Below, piece by piece: positions 1 to 11,399 of a stretch of 20,968 bases of DNA (position 1 is its first letter; each line of letters opens with the position of its first letter). The notes under the pieces are model-generated. The model was not told where the DNA came from, made no database searches, and was given only the letters and a program-made list of their open reading frames with translations. Source of the stretch: Octopus sinensis (lineage: Eukaryota). The stretch covers positions 1 through 20,968 of the forward strand of contig NW_021824521.1 of NCBI RefSeq assembly GCF_006345805.1, read 5' to 3'. The translations under genes were made by a program, and so were the position numbers.

Positions 1-909
1 TCCTCAAATGAAAGGCGTCACCTCTAGGACAAAATTCCTCATCTTATAAAATGTGGCCCCAGTAGACCCGAATGAAATCGGGTTATTAAACCAAATGTGA
101 AAAGGGGTCTAAATGGGGCTGGAAGGGGATTAAATTTCAAGGAGCGGGTGTTTAGGAATTCTCTGTTACATCAAGCTAAACAAATTGCGCCATCCTTTTA
201 ATCGTCAATGTGTTGCCGTCCATGATGAAGAAGTTTTGAATGCTTGCCATGGTGAGTCTACTGTCGTGAGAAAGAATTACTTCAAAACTTGGTGTTTACG
301 AATTTTCTTTTACATCAAGTTCAAAATTTTACGCCAGCCGTTTAACTGTCACTACGTTGCTGTCCGTCGTTAACAAATGCCAGCCATGGTGACTCTACTA
401 TCCTCAGATTCTATCCCTTCAAACTTTGGTTTCCAATATTTTATTATTTTTATTCAGCTCGCAAGTTCGTCTGTTGTTTATAAATGGGAAAGATAGATAA
501 AGATAGAGAGTAAGAGAAGCGAGGGAGAGTCCGAGAGAAAAAAAAAGTAAGAGAGTGGGAAAGTGAGAGAGAAAGGAGAGAGAAACAAATACGGAGAATC
601 ATCATCCTCATCATCGTTTAACGTCCGTTTTCCGTGCTAGCACGGGTTGGGCAGTGTGACCGGGGTCTGGGAAGCCAGGAGGCTGCACCACGCTCCAGTC
701 TGATCTGGCAGTGTTTCTACAGGTGGATGACCTTCCTAACGCCAACCACTCTGTGAGTGTAGTGAGTGCTTTTTTCGTGCCGCCGGCACTGGTGCCAGGA
801 GGCTCGCAGTGGCAACGATCGGATGGTGCTTTTTACGTGCCACCGGCACAGAAGCAAGTCAAGGCGGTGCTGCAATCGGCCACGTTCGGATGGTGCTTTT
901 TACGTGCTG
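1..909 (+). mobile_element. Second copy of the Helitron-like element at 4378-5573; starts before the window edge and diverges after 909
   Basis: Colinear with 4481-5506 (TCCTCAAATGAAAG at 1 and 4481; TTTTACGTGCTG ending at 909 and 5506), including the same SINE fragment at the same site. It lacks the 121 bp at 4953-5073. Confidence 0.7.
598..909 (-). mobile_element. SINE-like family A with (TGA)n tail, 5'-truncated
   Basis: Reverse complement carries GGCGTTAGGAAGG(T)CATCCA..GTAGAAAC and ends AACGGACGTTAAACGATGATGA. Same family at 4134, 5200 and 20094. Confidence 0.85.
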
Positions 910-1284
910 CTTGGATCGCTATCAATGCCACTACATCCCGTCCGATTCGCTCCAAAATTACAGGGACATGTAGAATGAGGTGACGATGTGCGTGGGCTAC
1001 CTTAGAAATCCCTATCTTAAAAGGTGTGGTTGCTAGGGGCCATCTTCCTCACTCACCATATTTCCTCCTTTCCCTCTCTTACTCCTCTTCATTTATAACT
1101 TTCAGAATGCCACTACGGTTATTTAAGGTATCTGTCACTATCGCTATTTCCTTTCTTTTTCACTGACACTGTTTCCTACCTTCCTATCACATCGGCGTTG
1201 TTCTTTTAAGTATATGTCTGTCACCAACAAACGACACACGAGCATGAGAACAAATATTATGAATCAGATATTCTTGCGTTCATT

Positions 1285-1289
<5 letters not shown>

Positions 1290-1328
<39 letters not shown>

Positions 1329-1632
1329 CTATATATAAATATGTATATATAATGTATGTGTGTGTGTTCTATATATAAATATGTATATATAATGTATGTG
1401 TGTGTGTGTGTGTGTTCTATATATATATATGTATATATAATGTATGTGTGTGTGTGTTCTATATATCAATATGTATATATAATGTATGTGTGTTTGTGTG
1501 TTCTATATATAAATATGTATATATAATGTATGTGTGTGTGTGTGTGTGTGTGTGTTCTATATATAAATATGTATATATAATGTACGTGTGTGTGTGTTCT
1601 ATATATAAATATGTATATATAATGTATATATA
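1290..1632. repeat. Compound minisatellite: 7 x [TTCTATATATAAATATGTATATATAATGTAT + (GT)n]
   Basis: TTCTATATA recurs at about 1327, 1367, 1415, 1457, 1501, 1555 and 1597, separated by variable (GT)n. Confidence 0.9.
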
Positions 1633-1777
1633 CAAAGTGCATATATCTGTATTTATGTATATTAAACTTTTTCTTACTTTTTCATAGTTATATATATTTT
1701 TTAACAAATTATAATATAATTAATAATAATTTTTATTTTCAATTTAAATAATTTAAAGTTTTCAATTTTATATTTTA

Positions 1778-2371
1778 CTAGCAGTATCGCCCGGCGTTGC
1801 TCGGGTTTGTAAGGGAAATAACTAATAAGCATTTTTAGTGAGTTATAGCCAAAAAATAGCAAAAATGCATTAAAATGGAATAAAAAATGATGGTAATTTT
1901 TTTTTTAAATCGTTGACTCATCGTAGACATTTTTAGAGAGTTACTTCCCTATATAATAGCGAAAAATGCATTAAAATGGAATAAAAATTATGGTATTTTT
2001 TTTTTAATCGTTGACTCATCGTAGACATTTTTAGAGTGTTACTTCCTTTATATAATAGCGAAATATGCATTAAAATGGAATAAAAAATGATGGTAATTTT
2101 TTTTTTAATCGTTGACTCATCGTAGACATTTTTAGGGAGTTACTTCCCTTATATAATAGTGAAAAATGCATTAAAATGGAATAAAAGATGATGGTAATTT
2201 TTTTTTAAATCGTAGACTCATCGTAGATGCGCGCTAATACCCAGAAGGGCTCGATATGAATCATGACTATTAGATACCCGGTTTTGGTTACACTGCACCG
2301 CAAAATGTGGGAGTAGTTAGGAATCTAAATCGTAGGAGACAGACACACAACCTTACTTTTATATATAAAGA
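1778..2371 (-). mobile_element. Complete non-autonomous Helitron-like element
   Basis: On the minus strand the 5' end is A|TCTTTATATATAAAAG (2371). The 3' end is a CCCG(A)GC-AAC-GCCGGG hairpin (1790-1805), 8 nt, then CTAG|T (1778-1781). The A-T target junction is what Helitrons are known to use. Confidence 0.85.
1855..2227. repeat. Helitron-internal tandem repeat, ~100 bp x ~3.6
   Basis: TGCATTAAAATGGAATAAAA at 1866, 1967, 2066 and 2167, with a further partial unit at 2678. Confidence 0.92.
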
Positions 2372-2668
2372 TTTGTGCAACAACTAAAACATTCGGTTGT
2401 GCAAATTGTTTGCACAGGAAACCTGCCCTGTGTGGCGGTTTTTGCCGTTTTTGTGGATCTGTTTCAGCTTTTTTAGCGATTTCTGTTTTGGCGACTTTAA
2501 GCCATGAAGTCGTTGTTCTAAAAGAACGCTGGTCTCCTTGACAACGCATTACGACATTGATTTCCTTACACTCCCTTCACCACAGCTTCACGAGGGAGGG
2601 AAGAAGGGGGAGAAGCAACACAGGTGCAGGCGTGAGCGTGGACGCCAACTCCGCCGCCATCGACACAC

Positions 2669-2887
2669 GAAAAAATATGCATTAAAATGGAATAAAAAAT
2701 TATGTTAAATTATTTTTAAAATCGTAGACTCATCGTAGACGCGCGCTATCACTCAGACGGGCTCGATATGAATCACGACTATAAGATACCTGAATTTGGT
2801 TAAACTGCACCGCAAAATGTGGGAGTAGTTAGGAATCTAAATCGAAGGGGACAGACACTCACACAACTACAGTTTTATATATATAGA
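2669..2887 (-). mobile_element. Second 5' module of the same Helitron family, with no 3' end of its own
   Basis: A|TCTATATATATAAAAC at 2887 on the minus strand. 2716-2887 aligns to 2207-2371, with an identical ACTGCACCGCAAAATGTGGGAGTAGTTAGGAATCTAAATCG run. Confidence 0.8.
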
Positions 2888-3499
2888 TATATTTTCTATG
2901 TTATATTTTCTTTTTTTATGTTTTTGTTTTTTGTTTTTCACTGTTTGATTTGCCTATTAGTGGTTTTATCTCTAATTTAATTTATACAGATATATATCTC
3001 ATTTGTATATATAATGCGTGCACACACACACACACATATATATATACACGCGGGGTTTCTCTCGCCCTCTTTTTTACATTGTCTGTCTGGACTCCTTCTC
3101 TTCCTACTCCTCGCCATGGCTATGCATACTTAAGCTAGTAACTTGCCTCATTCTTGATTCCGAATTCCTTTTGCCAAGTCTGTCCGTAAACGAAGTGATC
3201 CCAAGATAAGAAATCTTTGAACTTTAATTCATCCGTATCTCTATTTATTATTATTATTTATTAATTATTATTATTCTGATCCCCCTAGTCGCCACTCTGT
3301 TTACTATTTCAGCCTCGCCTCGTTTTTGCATATTCTGTATAATTCACTAGTTATCGTTATAGATATTTAAGATCTATCTCCCTTACAGGGCTGATTAGAA
3401 ATTGGCTGCCAATTCTTCGCGGCGCGCCCGCCCTACCCACCCCCACCACCAATACCGGATATCTCTATTTTGCTCCAACTATACCGGATGTCGTTTCTC

Positions 3500-4132
3500 C
3501 CACCACCATTATAGGTGTCTACTCTTTGAACCCCCCTCTTCAATACGCTATTTCACCATGCATTACCCCTCTCTCGATATCCTACGTTCTACTTGCCTAG
3601 AACCTGTCCTCTGAACCACCCCTCCCACTGGTGCTCCCCTATATTTCTGCACTCCCCCCCACCATTATAGGTGTCTACTCTTTGAACCCCCCCTTCAATA
3701 CGCTATTTCACCATGCATTACCCCTCTCTCGATATCCTACGTTCTACTTGCCTAGAACCTGTCCTCTGAACCACCCCTCCCACTGGTGCTCCCCTATATT
3801 TCTGCCCCCCCCCCACCACCATTATACTTTGGTGTCTACTCTTTGAACCCCCCTCTTCAATACGCTATTTCACCATGCATTACCCCTCTCTCGATATCCT
3901 ACGTTCTACTTGCCTAGAACCTGTCCTCTGAACCACCCCTCCCACTGGTGCTCCCCTATATTTCTGCACCCCCCACCACCATTATAGGTGTCTACTCTTT
4001 GAACCCCCCTCTTCAATACGCTATTTCACCATGCATTACCCCTCTCTCGATATCCTACGTTCTACTTGCCTAGAACCTGTCCTCTGAACCACCCCTCCCG
4101 CTGGTGCTCCCCTATATTTCTGCACCCCCCCC
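3500..4132. repeat. Tandem array, ~156 bp x 4, C-rich on the plus strand
   Basis: GGTGTCTACTCTTTGAACCCC at 3514, 3670, 3831 and 3987. Units are nearly identical, differing mainly in C-run length and a CTTT insertion in unit 3. Confidence 0.95.
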
Positions 4133-4133
4133 A

Positions 4134-4377
4134 TAAAAAAAAACACCATCCGAACGTGGCCGATGCCAGACCCCTCTGGCACCTGTGCAGGTGGCACGTA
4201 AAAAACACCCACTACACTCGCGGAGTGGTTGGCGTTAGGAAGGGCATCCAGCTGTAGAAACACTGCCAGACTAGACTGGAGCCTGGGGCAGTCCCGAGCT
4301 CCCCAGACCCCGGTCGAAACCGTCCAACTCGTGCTAGCGCGGAAAACGGACGTTAAACGATGATGATGATGATGATG
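4134..4377 (+). mobile_element. SINE-like family A, 5'-truncated
   Basis: GTGGTTGGCGTTAGGAAGGGCATCCAGCTGTAGAAAC ... AACGGACGTTAAACGATGATGATGATG tail. Confidence 0.88.
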
Positions 4378-5573
4378 TATATATATATATAATGTGTGCA
4401 TTACGTAGTCGGTCGATTCAGCTGAAAATATGCACACCTATGTTAAAGGTGCTGACAAGTTTGCATGACAACTATTTTTTTCCTCAAATGAAAGACGTCA
4501 CCTCTAGGACAAAATTCCTCATCTTATAAAATGTGGCCCCAGTAGACCCGAATGAAATCGGGTTATATTAACCAAAATGTGAAAAGGGGTCTAAATGGGG
4601 CTGGAAGGGGATTAAAATTTCAAGGAGCGGGTGTTTAGGAATTCTCTGTTACATCAAGCTAAAAAATTGCGCCATCCTTTTAATCGTCAATGTGTGCCGT
4701 CCATGATAAAGAAGTTTTGAATGCTTGCCATGGTGAGTCTACTGTCGTGAGAAAGAATCACTTCAAAACTTGGTGTTTATGAATTTTCTTTTACATCAGT
4801 TCAAAATTTTACGCCAGCTGTTAAACTGTCACTACGTTGCTGTCCGTCGTTAACAAATGCCAGCCATGGTGACTCTACTATCCTCAGATTCTATCCTTCA
4901 AACTTTGGTTTCCAATTATTATTATTTTTATTCAGCTCGCAAGTTCGTCTGTCCTTTTTAAATGTTAGCGTTTTGCTGTCTGCCTTCAAGCAGACCTTTC
5001 CATTGCCACTGCCTCATATTTCTGATTGATCTTTCTAAATATTTTATTTCTCAACTTACTCAAGATCTTCTGTTGTTTATAAATGGGAGAGAGATAGATA
5101 AAGATAGAGAGTAAGAGCTAGCGAGGGAGAGTCCGAGAGAAAAGAAAAGTAAGAGAGTGGGAAAGTGAGAGAGAAAGGAGAGAGAAACAAATACGGAGGA
5201 TCATCATCATCATCGTTTAACGTCCGTTTTCCGTGCTAGCACGGGTTGGGCAGTGCGACCGGGGTCTCGGAAGCCAGGAGACTGCACCAGGCTCCAGTCT
5301 GATCTGGCAGTGTTTCTACAGGTGGATGACCTTCCTAACGCCAACCACTCTGTGAGTATAGTGGTTGCTTTTTTCGTGCTGTCGGCACTGGTGCCAGGGG
5401 GCTCGCAGTGGCAACGATCAGTTGGTGCTTTTTATGTGCCACCGGCACAGAAGCAAGTCAGGCTGGCTGCAATCGGCCACGTTCGGATGGGGCATTTTAC
5501 GTGCTGAAAGGAAGCAACAGAAAGTAACAACCACACTCTCTACCCGCGCGTAGAGCGGGTCACCTTCAGCTAG
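4378..5573 (+). mobile_element. Non-autonomous Helitron-like element carrying a SINE fragment
   Basis: The 3' end is ACCCGC-GCGTAGA-GCGGGT (5542-5560), 9 nt, then CTAG|T (5570-5574). The 5' region TATATATATATAATGTGTGC...CTGAAAATATGCACAC resembles Helitron/DINE subterminal sequence, but the canonical TC is absent (TG), so the 5' boundary is uncertain. Confidence 0.6.
5200..5506 (-). mobile_element. SINE-like family A, 5'-truncated, inside the Helitron-like element
   Basis: ATCATCATCATCATCGTTTAACGTCCGTTTTCC at 5200; orthologous to 598-909. Confidence 0.85.
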
Positions 5574-5748
5574 TATAATATATTATATATATATACACAT
5601 ATATACATCATACCACAACACACACAAGCACACATGCACTAGAACAGATTAAACACCTTCATAATTGCACTCAAATATTTATCAACACACACACATATAT
5701 ATATATATATACATACATATATACACAAACACACACTCATATATTCAG

Positions 5749-5894
5749 GATGGACTTCTTTCTGTTTCTGTCTATGAAAGCCACTCACAAAGCTTTGGTT
5801 ATAGTTGATGAGACTTGCTTAAGGTGCCACCCAGTGGGACTGAACCTGGAGCCATGTAGTTGGGAAGCAAGCCTTTTATCACAAAGACACTCCT
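5749..5894 (-). mobile_element. tRNA-derived SINE family B, head half
   Basis: Reverse complement contains GGTTCAGTCCCACTGGGTGGCACC (B-box-like). Homologous to 9605, 11228, 12824 and 13360. Confidence 0.8.
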
Positions 5895-6196
5895 GTTGTT
5901 ATTTGGATTTGATTTTCACTTCCTCCCTCTTAAGATCTCAAAATCCATTTTGAAATAATTCCAGTTGTTTCCAACTGATAAAGCATTCATTTACATTTAC
6001 TCAACAACTCAAGGGTTTTGTTTACACATTGGTCCCCAAAATGCAAGTATTCACATCCCCACCACCACCGCCACCACAAAAAAACACCCCACTCTCATCA
6101 CCATCATCATCTTATTCATTAGTTTCAGCTCTCATTTATTAAAAATATAATGCTTTGTGTATTGTTTTTGTTTTCCTGTACACCACCTCATTCTTT

Positions 6197-6355
<159 letters not shown>

Positions 6356-6958
6356 TCAAATAATCACTCTGAAATCATTGATCCTGTTGTTCTTTTGATT
6401 TCGTTTCCCCTCCCTCCCTCTCAACATCTAACAATCTGCTTTTGTGTCACAATGGCTAAGCTGCCTTTAGACAAAAATAAATATAATTGAAACCTCTTTG
6501 CAAACTGATAACACATTCATTTACAGATTCGGGGTCATCTCAAGGGTTTTGCTTTTAAAACCCTTAGAAACTGTGGTTTTTCTAATGAATATGCATTGTT
6601 CTGTATAAATTTCACTTTCTTCAGTCTGGATGCAAATACTTACACCAACACCACCACCAACACCAACAACAACAACAGCATTATCACCTTCATCATCATC
6701 AACATCACCATCACAATCATTGTGTTATTTTGAATTTATTAAAAATAAATTTATTTATTCTATTTTTATTTCCGTTCACTGATTAAAAAGGTGAAGCAGC
6801 ACCTTTGGGTGTTTTCCTTTTTCCTATCAGAATACAATCTTGGATGTTTTCATATATTCATAAGTTCAATTAGAGGTGAATTTCGCCTTAGTTAAGGGAT
6901 GGCACCATTCAAGGAGTTGCTGGTTAAATACCTAACATGTTTAGGGAAAATGATAGGA

Positions 6959-7135
6959 AAATGGGATATACCAATACTATATTTGCATACACATGCATAA
7001 ACTAAGAATATGCAAATGAAACTAATAAATTATAGTAACTAAGGAGTTTATATACAATTATAAATATTTAGGGGTGAAAAAAGTATTCTTAGTTTATGCA
7101 AGTGAATGCAAATATAGTATTGGTATATCCCATTT
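6959..7135. mobile_element. MITE-like fold-back element with 52-bp inverted arms
   Basis: 6959-7010 is the reverse complement of 7084-7135 with 2 mismatches; the spacer is 73 bp. No unambiguous TSD, so the superfamily is unassigned. Confidence 0.7.
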
Positions 7136-7213
7136 ATGTTCATTAGAAATCAAATAAATGAGGAATTATGACACATCACGAATATTTATTTGCCCACCAC
7201 TGTATGTATATAT

Positions 7214-7406
7214 TTGTTTGTCTGTGGTTGTCCACACCATTGCTTGACAACCGATGTTGGTGTGTTTACATCCCTGTAACTTTGTGGTTCAGCAACAGTG
7301 ACTGACAGAATGAGTACAAGGCTTATAATGAATAAGTCCTGGGGTTGATATACCTGACTGAAGGTGGTGCTCCAACATGGCCACTGTCATGTAACTAAAA
7401 GAATAT
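7214..7406 (+). mobile_element. SINE family B, tail half
   Basis: TTGCTTGACAACCGATGTTGGTGTGTTTACATCCC...GGTGCTCCAACATGGCCAC...TAAAAGAATA. Confidence 0.8.
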
Positions 7407-7407
7407 C

Positions 7408-7451
<44 letters not shown>

Positions 7452-7589
7452 CATATGTAGTATTGACCTCTGGTGTAAAGGTCACGGCCATGCAGGGGCA
7501 CCACAGTATCATCATATTCTATCTATCTATCTTTCTATCTTTCTTTCTATCTATTTATCTAACCATCCATCTGTATAGATATACAAACA

Positions 7590-7830
7590 CTCTTTTATTC
7601 TTTTACTTGTTTCAGCAATGGGACTGTGGTCATGCTGGAGCAATGCCTTAAAGGGCTTTAGCCAAACAAATCGACTCCAGGGCTTACTCTTTGAAAGCTT
7701 AGTACATATTCTGGCAGTCTTTTTTACCGAATGAAATTACAGGGATGTAAACACACCACCATCGGTTGTCAAGTTATGATGAGGGTGGGAGGGAGGCAGA
7801 CACACAGCCAGACACACCTACATGCACATG
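7590..7830 (-). mobile_element. SINE family B, tail half; head lost at the duplication junction
   Basis: CTTTTATTCTTTTACTTGTTTCAG...CATGCTGGAGC...GTAAACACACC...ATCGGTTGTCAAG; identical in layout to 9208-9430. Confidence 0.82.
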
Positions 7831-7896
7831 AATCTATATATATATATATATATTATATATATTATTTATCTATCTATCTTCTATCTCTCATCTCTA

Positions 7897-7927
<31 letters not shown>

Positions 7928-7952
7928 TCTTTCTCTCTTCTCTTCTATCTCA

Positions 7953-7985
<33 letters not shown>

Positions 7986-8583
7986 CAAATAATCACTCTG
8001 AAATCATTTGATCCTTGTTGTTCTTTTGATTTCGTTTCCCCTCCCTCCCTCTCAACATCTACAATCTGTTTGTGTCACAATGGCTAAGCTGCCTTTAGAC
8101 AAAAATAAATATAATTGAAACCTCTTTGCAAACTGATAACACATTCATTTACAGATTCGGGGTCATTCTCAAGGGTTTTGCTTTTTAAAACCCTTAGAAA
8201 CTGTGGTTTTTTAATGAATATGCATTGTTCTGTATAAATTTCACTTTCTTCAGTCTGGATGCAAATACTTACACCAACACCACCACCAACACCAACAACA
8301 ACAACAGTATTATCACCTTCATCATCATCAACATCACCATCACAATCATTGTGTTATTTTGAATTTATTAAAAATAAATTTATTATTCTATTTTATTCCG
8401 TTCACTGATTAAAAAGGTGAAGCAGCACATTTGGGTGTTTTCCTTTTTCCTATCAGAATACAATCTTGGATGTTTTCATATATTCATAAGTTCATTAGAG
8501 GTGAATTTCGCCTTAGTTAAGGGATGGCACCATTCAAGGCGTTGCTGGTTAAATACCTAACATGTTTAGGGAAAATGATAGAA

Positions 8584-8759
8584 AAATGGGATATACCAAT
8601 ACTATATTTGCATACACATGCATAACTAAGAATATGCAAATGAAACTAATAAATTATAGTAACTAAGGAGTTTTTATATACATTATAAATATTTAGGGGT
8701 GTGAAAAAGTATTCTTAGTTATGCAGTGAATGCAAATATAGTATTGGTATATCCCATTT
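8584..8759. mobile_element. Duplicate copy of the MITE-like fold-back element
   Basis: Arms at 8584-8634 and 8710-8759, homologous to 6959-7135. Confidence 0.7.
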
Positions 8760-8837
8760 ATGTTCATTAGAAATCACAATACATGAGGAATTATGACACA
8801 TCACGAATATTTATTTGCCAACCACCTGTATGTATAT

Positions 8838-9025
8838 TTGTTTGTCTGTGGTTGTCCACACCATTGCTTGACAACGATGTGGTGTGTTACATCCCTGTAA
8901 CTTTGTGGTTCAGCAACAGTGACTGACAGAATGAGTACAAGCTTATAATGAATAAGTCTCTGGGGTTGATATACCTGACTGAAGGTGGTGCTCCAACATG
9001 GCCACTGTCATTAACTAAAAGAATA
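8838..9025 (+). mobile_element. SINE family B, tail half (duplicate of 7214-7406)
   Basis: Colinear with 7214-7406. Confidence 0.8.
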
Positions 9026-9207
9026 TCTATACACACACACACCACACACACACACACACACACATATATACATATGTAGTATTGACCTCTGGTGTAAAGG
9101 TCACGGCCATGCAGGGGCACCACAGTTATCATATATTTATCTATCTATCTTTCTATTATTCTTTCTATCTATTTATCTAACCATCCATCTGTAAGATATA
9201 CAAACAC

Positions 9208-9758
9208 TCTTTTATTCTTTTACTTGTTTCAGCAATGGGACTGTGGTCATGCTGGAGCAATGCCTTAAAGGGTTTAGCCAAACAAATCGACTCAGGCTTA
9301 CTCTTTGAAAGCTTAGTACATATTCTGGCCAGTCTTTTTTACCGATGAAATTACAGGGATGTAAACACACCACCATCGGTTGTCAAGTTATGATGAGGGT
9401 GGGAGGGAGGCAGACACACAGCCAGACACACCTACATGCACATGAATCTATATATATATATATAATATATATATATATATATTTATCTATCTATCTATCT
9501 ATCTCTCTATCTCTATCTCTCTCTCTCTCTCTCCTCTCTATATATATAATATATATATATGTATATATATATGTGTATGTATATATATACATATATTTAT
9601 GTCTGATGGGCTCACTTCAGTTTCCATCTGACAAGGTCCACTTACAAGGCCCGGGGTCAAAATAGAAGAGAATTGCCCTAGGTGCCATGCAGTAGGACTG
9701 AACACAGAACCCTCTGGTTGGAAAGCAAACTTCTTACCACACAGGAACGCCTGTGCCT
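9208..9758 (-). mobile_element. Full-length SINE family B (tRNA-like head + central microsatellite + tail)
   Basis: Tail half 9208-9430, (TA)/(TC) core 9430-9604 and head 9605-9758 in consistent orientation; same architecture as 10875-11383. Confidence 0.8.
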
Positions 9759-9781
9759 ATACATTTGTGGAGCACACAAAC

Positions 9782-9828
<47 letters not shown>

Positions 9829-9829
9829 T

Positions 9830-10810
9830 ATAATGTGTTTATTATGGTAGTTTGATTTTAATAGTCCCTCGTAGTGTGAAGCATTTATGTATGGTAATGC
9901 CCTGATATATAAACATATATATATGTAAATATATGTTGTATAGTTAGAATGATGGATGTGTATATATATATATATATATATATCCATTCGTATGCTCCCA
10001 GTCATCTTCCCAAATACATTCGTAAACTATGACAAGATATACTCTGACATGCGGGTTCCATTCCTTCTCTGCCGATTATATTCGTAGTCTCGTTATGTTG
10101 ATTTGGGGGCATCAGTCTCACAGATTTTATTTTAGAAATCCACCCCATACGTATTCAGTTAGTCTCTTGTACTGAAGCACAAACCAAATCTAGACATATA
10201 TTTTGGGAAGGGACCCTTTGTGAGAAAATATGCAATGCATTCATATAACTGTTGTTTCTAGCAAACTTTGTATTTAAGTTTGTGTCTGTAACTAGTTTTT
10301 TGTTGTTGTATTAATTTCATTTTAATAATTAAATGCAAATTAATACCTAATTTAAAAATATAATTAAAAGCATGACGTATAAAATGCAACTGAATGCAAG
10401 AGCTGCTAGTAATAGCAGCCAAATTTACAGAGAAAACAGCCCCATATTGTCTCACGTAACTCCACACATAGTTATATAGCTAGAGTTGCTTGAAATAGCA
10501 GCCAAATGCCCCTCCAATCCTCTGTACTTCTGAAATTTGGTACAGTTTAAAATTCTACGCCTGTTTGTCATGCAAAACAAATCCAATACAACAGGTCCAT
10601 TAAACTGTGTCATTTCATATGCTAGAAACAACAGCAAGTGTTTAGCAAAAATATATACAAAGACGGACAGAGAAAAAACTGGGAGGAAAGCAAAAACCAA
10701 AAAAGATCGAAATATATAATGTATCAATGTTAAATGTACTTGCTAGAAATAGCAGCCAAAACTCACTGAATCACAGCTGTCTATCTATCTATTTGTCTGT
10801 CTGTCTGTTT
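9830..10810. repeat. Old ~0.9-1 kb repeat unit, copy A
   Basis: Shares ordered blocks with 11400-12340 and 13520-14455: GTTCCATTCCTT(C)CTCTGCCGA, CAGTCTCA..GATTTTATTT, CTGTTGTTTCTAG, three AATAGCAGCCAAA, GGTCCAT.AAACTG, CTAGAAACAACAGCAAG. Confidence 0.85.
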
Positions 10811-10874
10811 GTCTCTCTATTTATATAAATATATATATATATATATATACATTCTTTTATTCTTGTACATTTAT

Positions 10875-11084
10875 TTATTCTTTTATTTGTTTCAGTTATT
10901 TCACTGTGGCCCTGCTGGAGCACCACCTTACTGGGTTTCTGTCAAACAAATCTTTGTAAGTTTAGTACTTATTCTATCAGTCTCTTTTGTCAAATCAAAG
11001 TCACAGGGACATAAACAGACCAACATCGGTTGTCATACGATGGTGATGTGTGGTGTAGGGTAGACACACAAATGAATATGTGTA

Positions 11085-11125
<41 letters not shown>

Positions 11126-11131
11126 TGTATG

Positions 11132-11164
<33 letters not shown>

Positions 11165-11383
11165 CATATATATGTATGTATATGTATATATATATACATA
11201 CATATAGATACACATACATACATATATGATGGGCTTCTTTCAGTTTCCATCTAGCAGATCCACTCACAAGGCTTTGGTTGGCTTAAGGGTCATTTAAAAG
11301 ACACTTGCCTAAGGTGCCACACAGTAGGATTGAACCTGGAAACATGTGGTTGGGAAGCAAACTTCTTATGACAGAGCCTGGCC
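10875..11383 (-). mobile_element. Full-length SINE family B
   Basis: Tail half ~10875-11070, (TA)n core, head 11228-11383 (GATGGGCTTCTTTCAGTTTCC...AAGGTGCCACACAGTAGGATTGAACC). Confidence 0.82.
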
Positions 11384-11399
11384 GATGCCAGTTTGCATT

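Noticed and set aside
1855-4132. Tandem arrays as CRISPR arrays
   Set aside because: Whole units are repeated with no unique spacers, there are no cas genes, and the context is eukaryotic.
10765-10785. ACAGCTGTC (also near 11779) as a hammerhead helix III
   Set aside because: It is preceded by GAATC rather than GAA, with no CUGANGA box or helix I/II.
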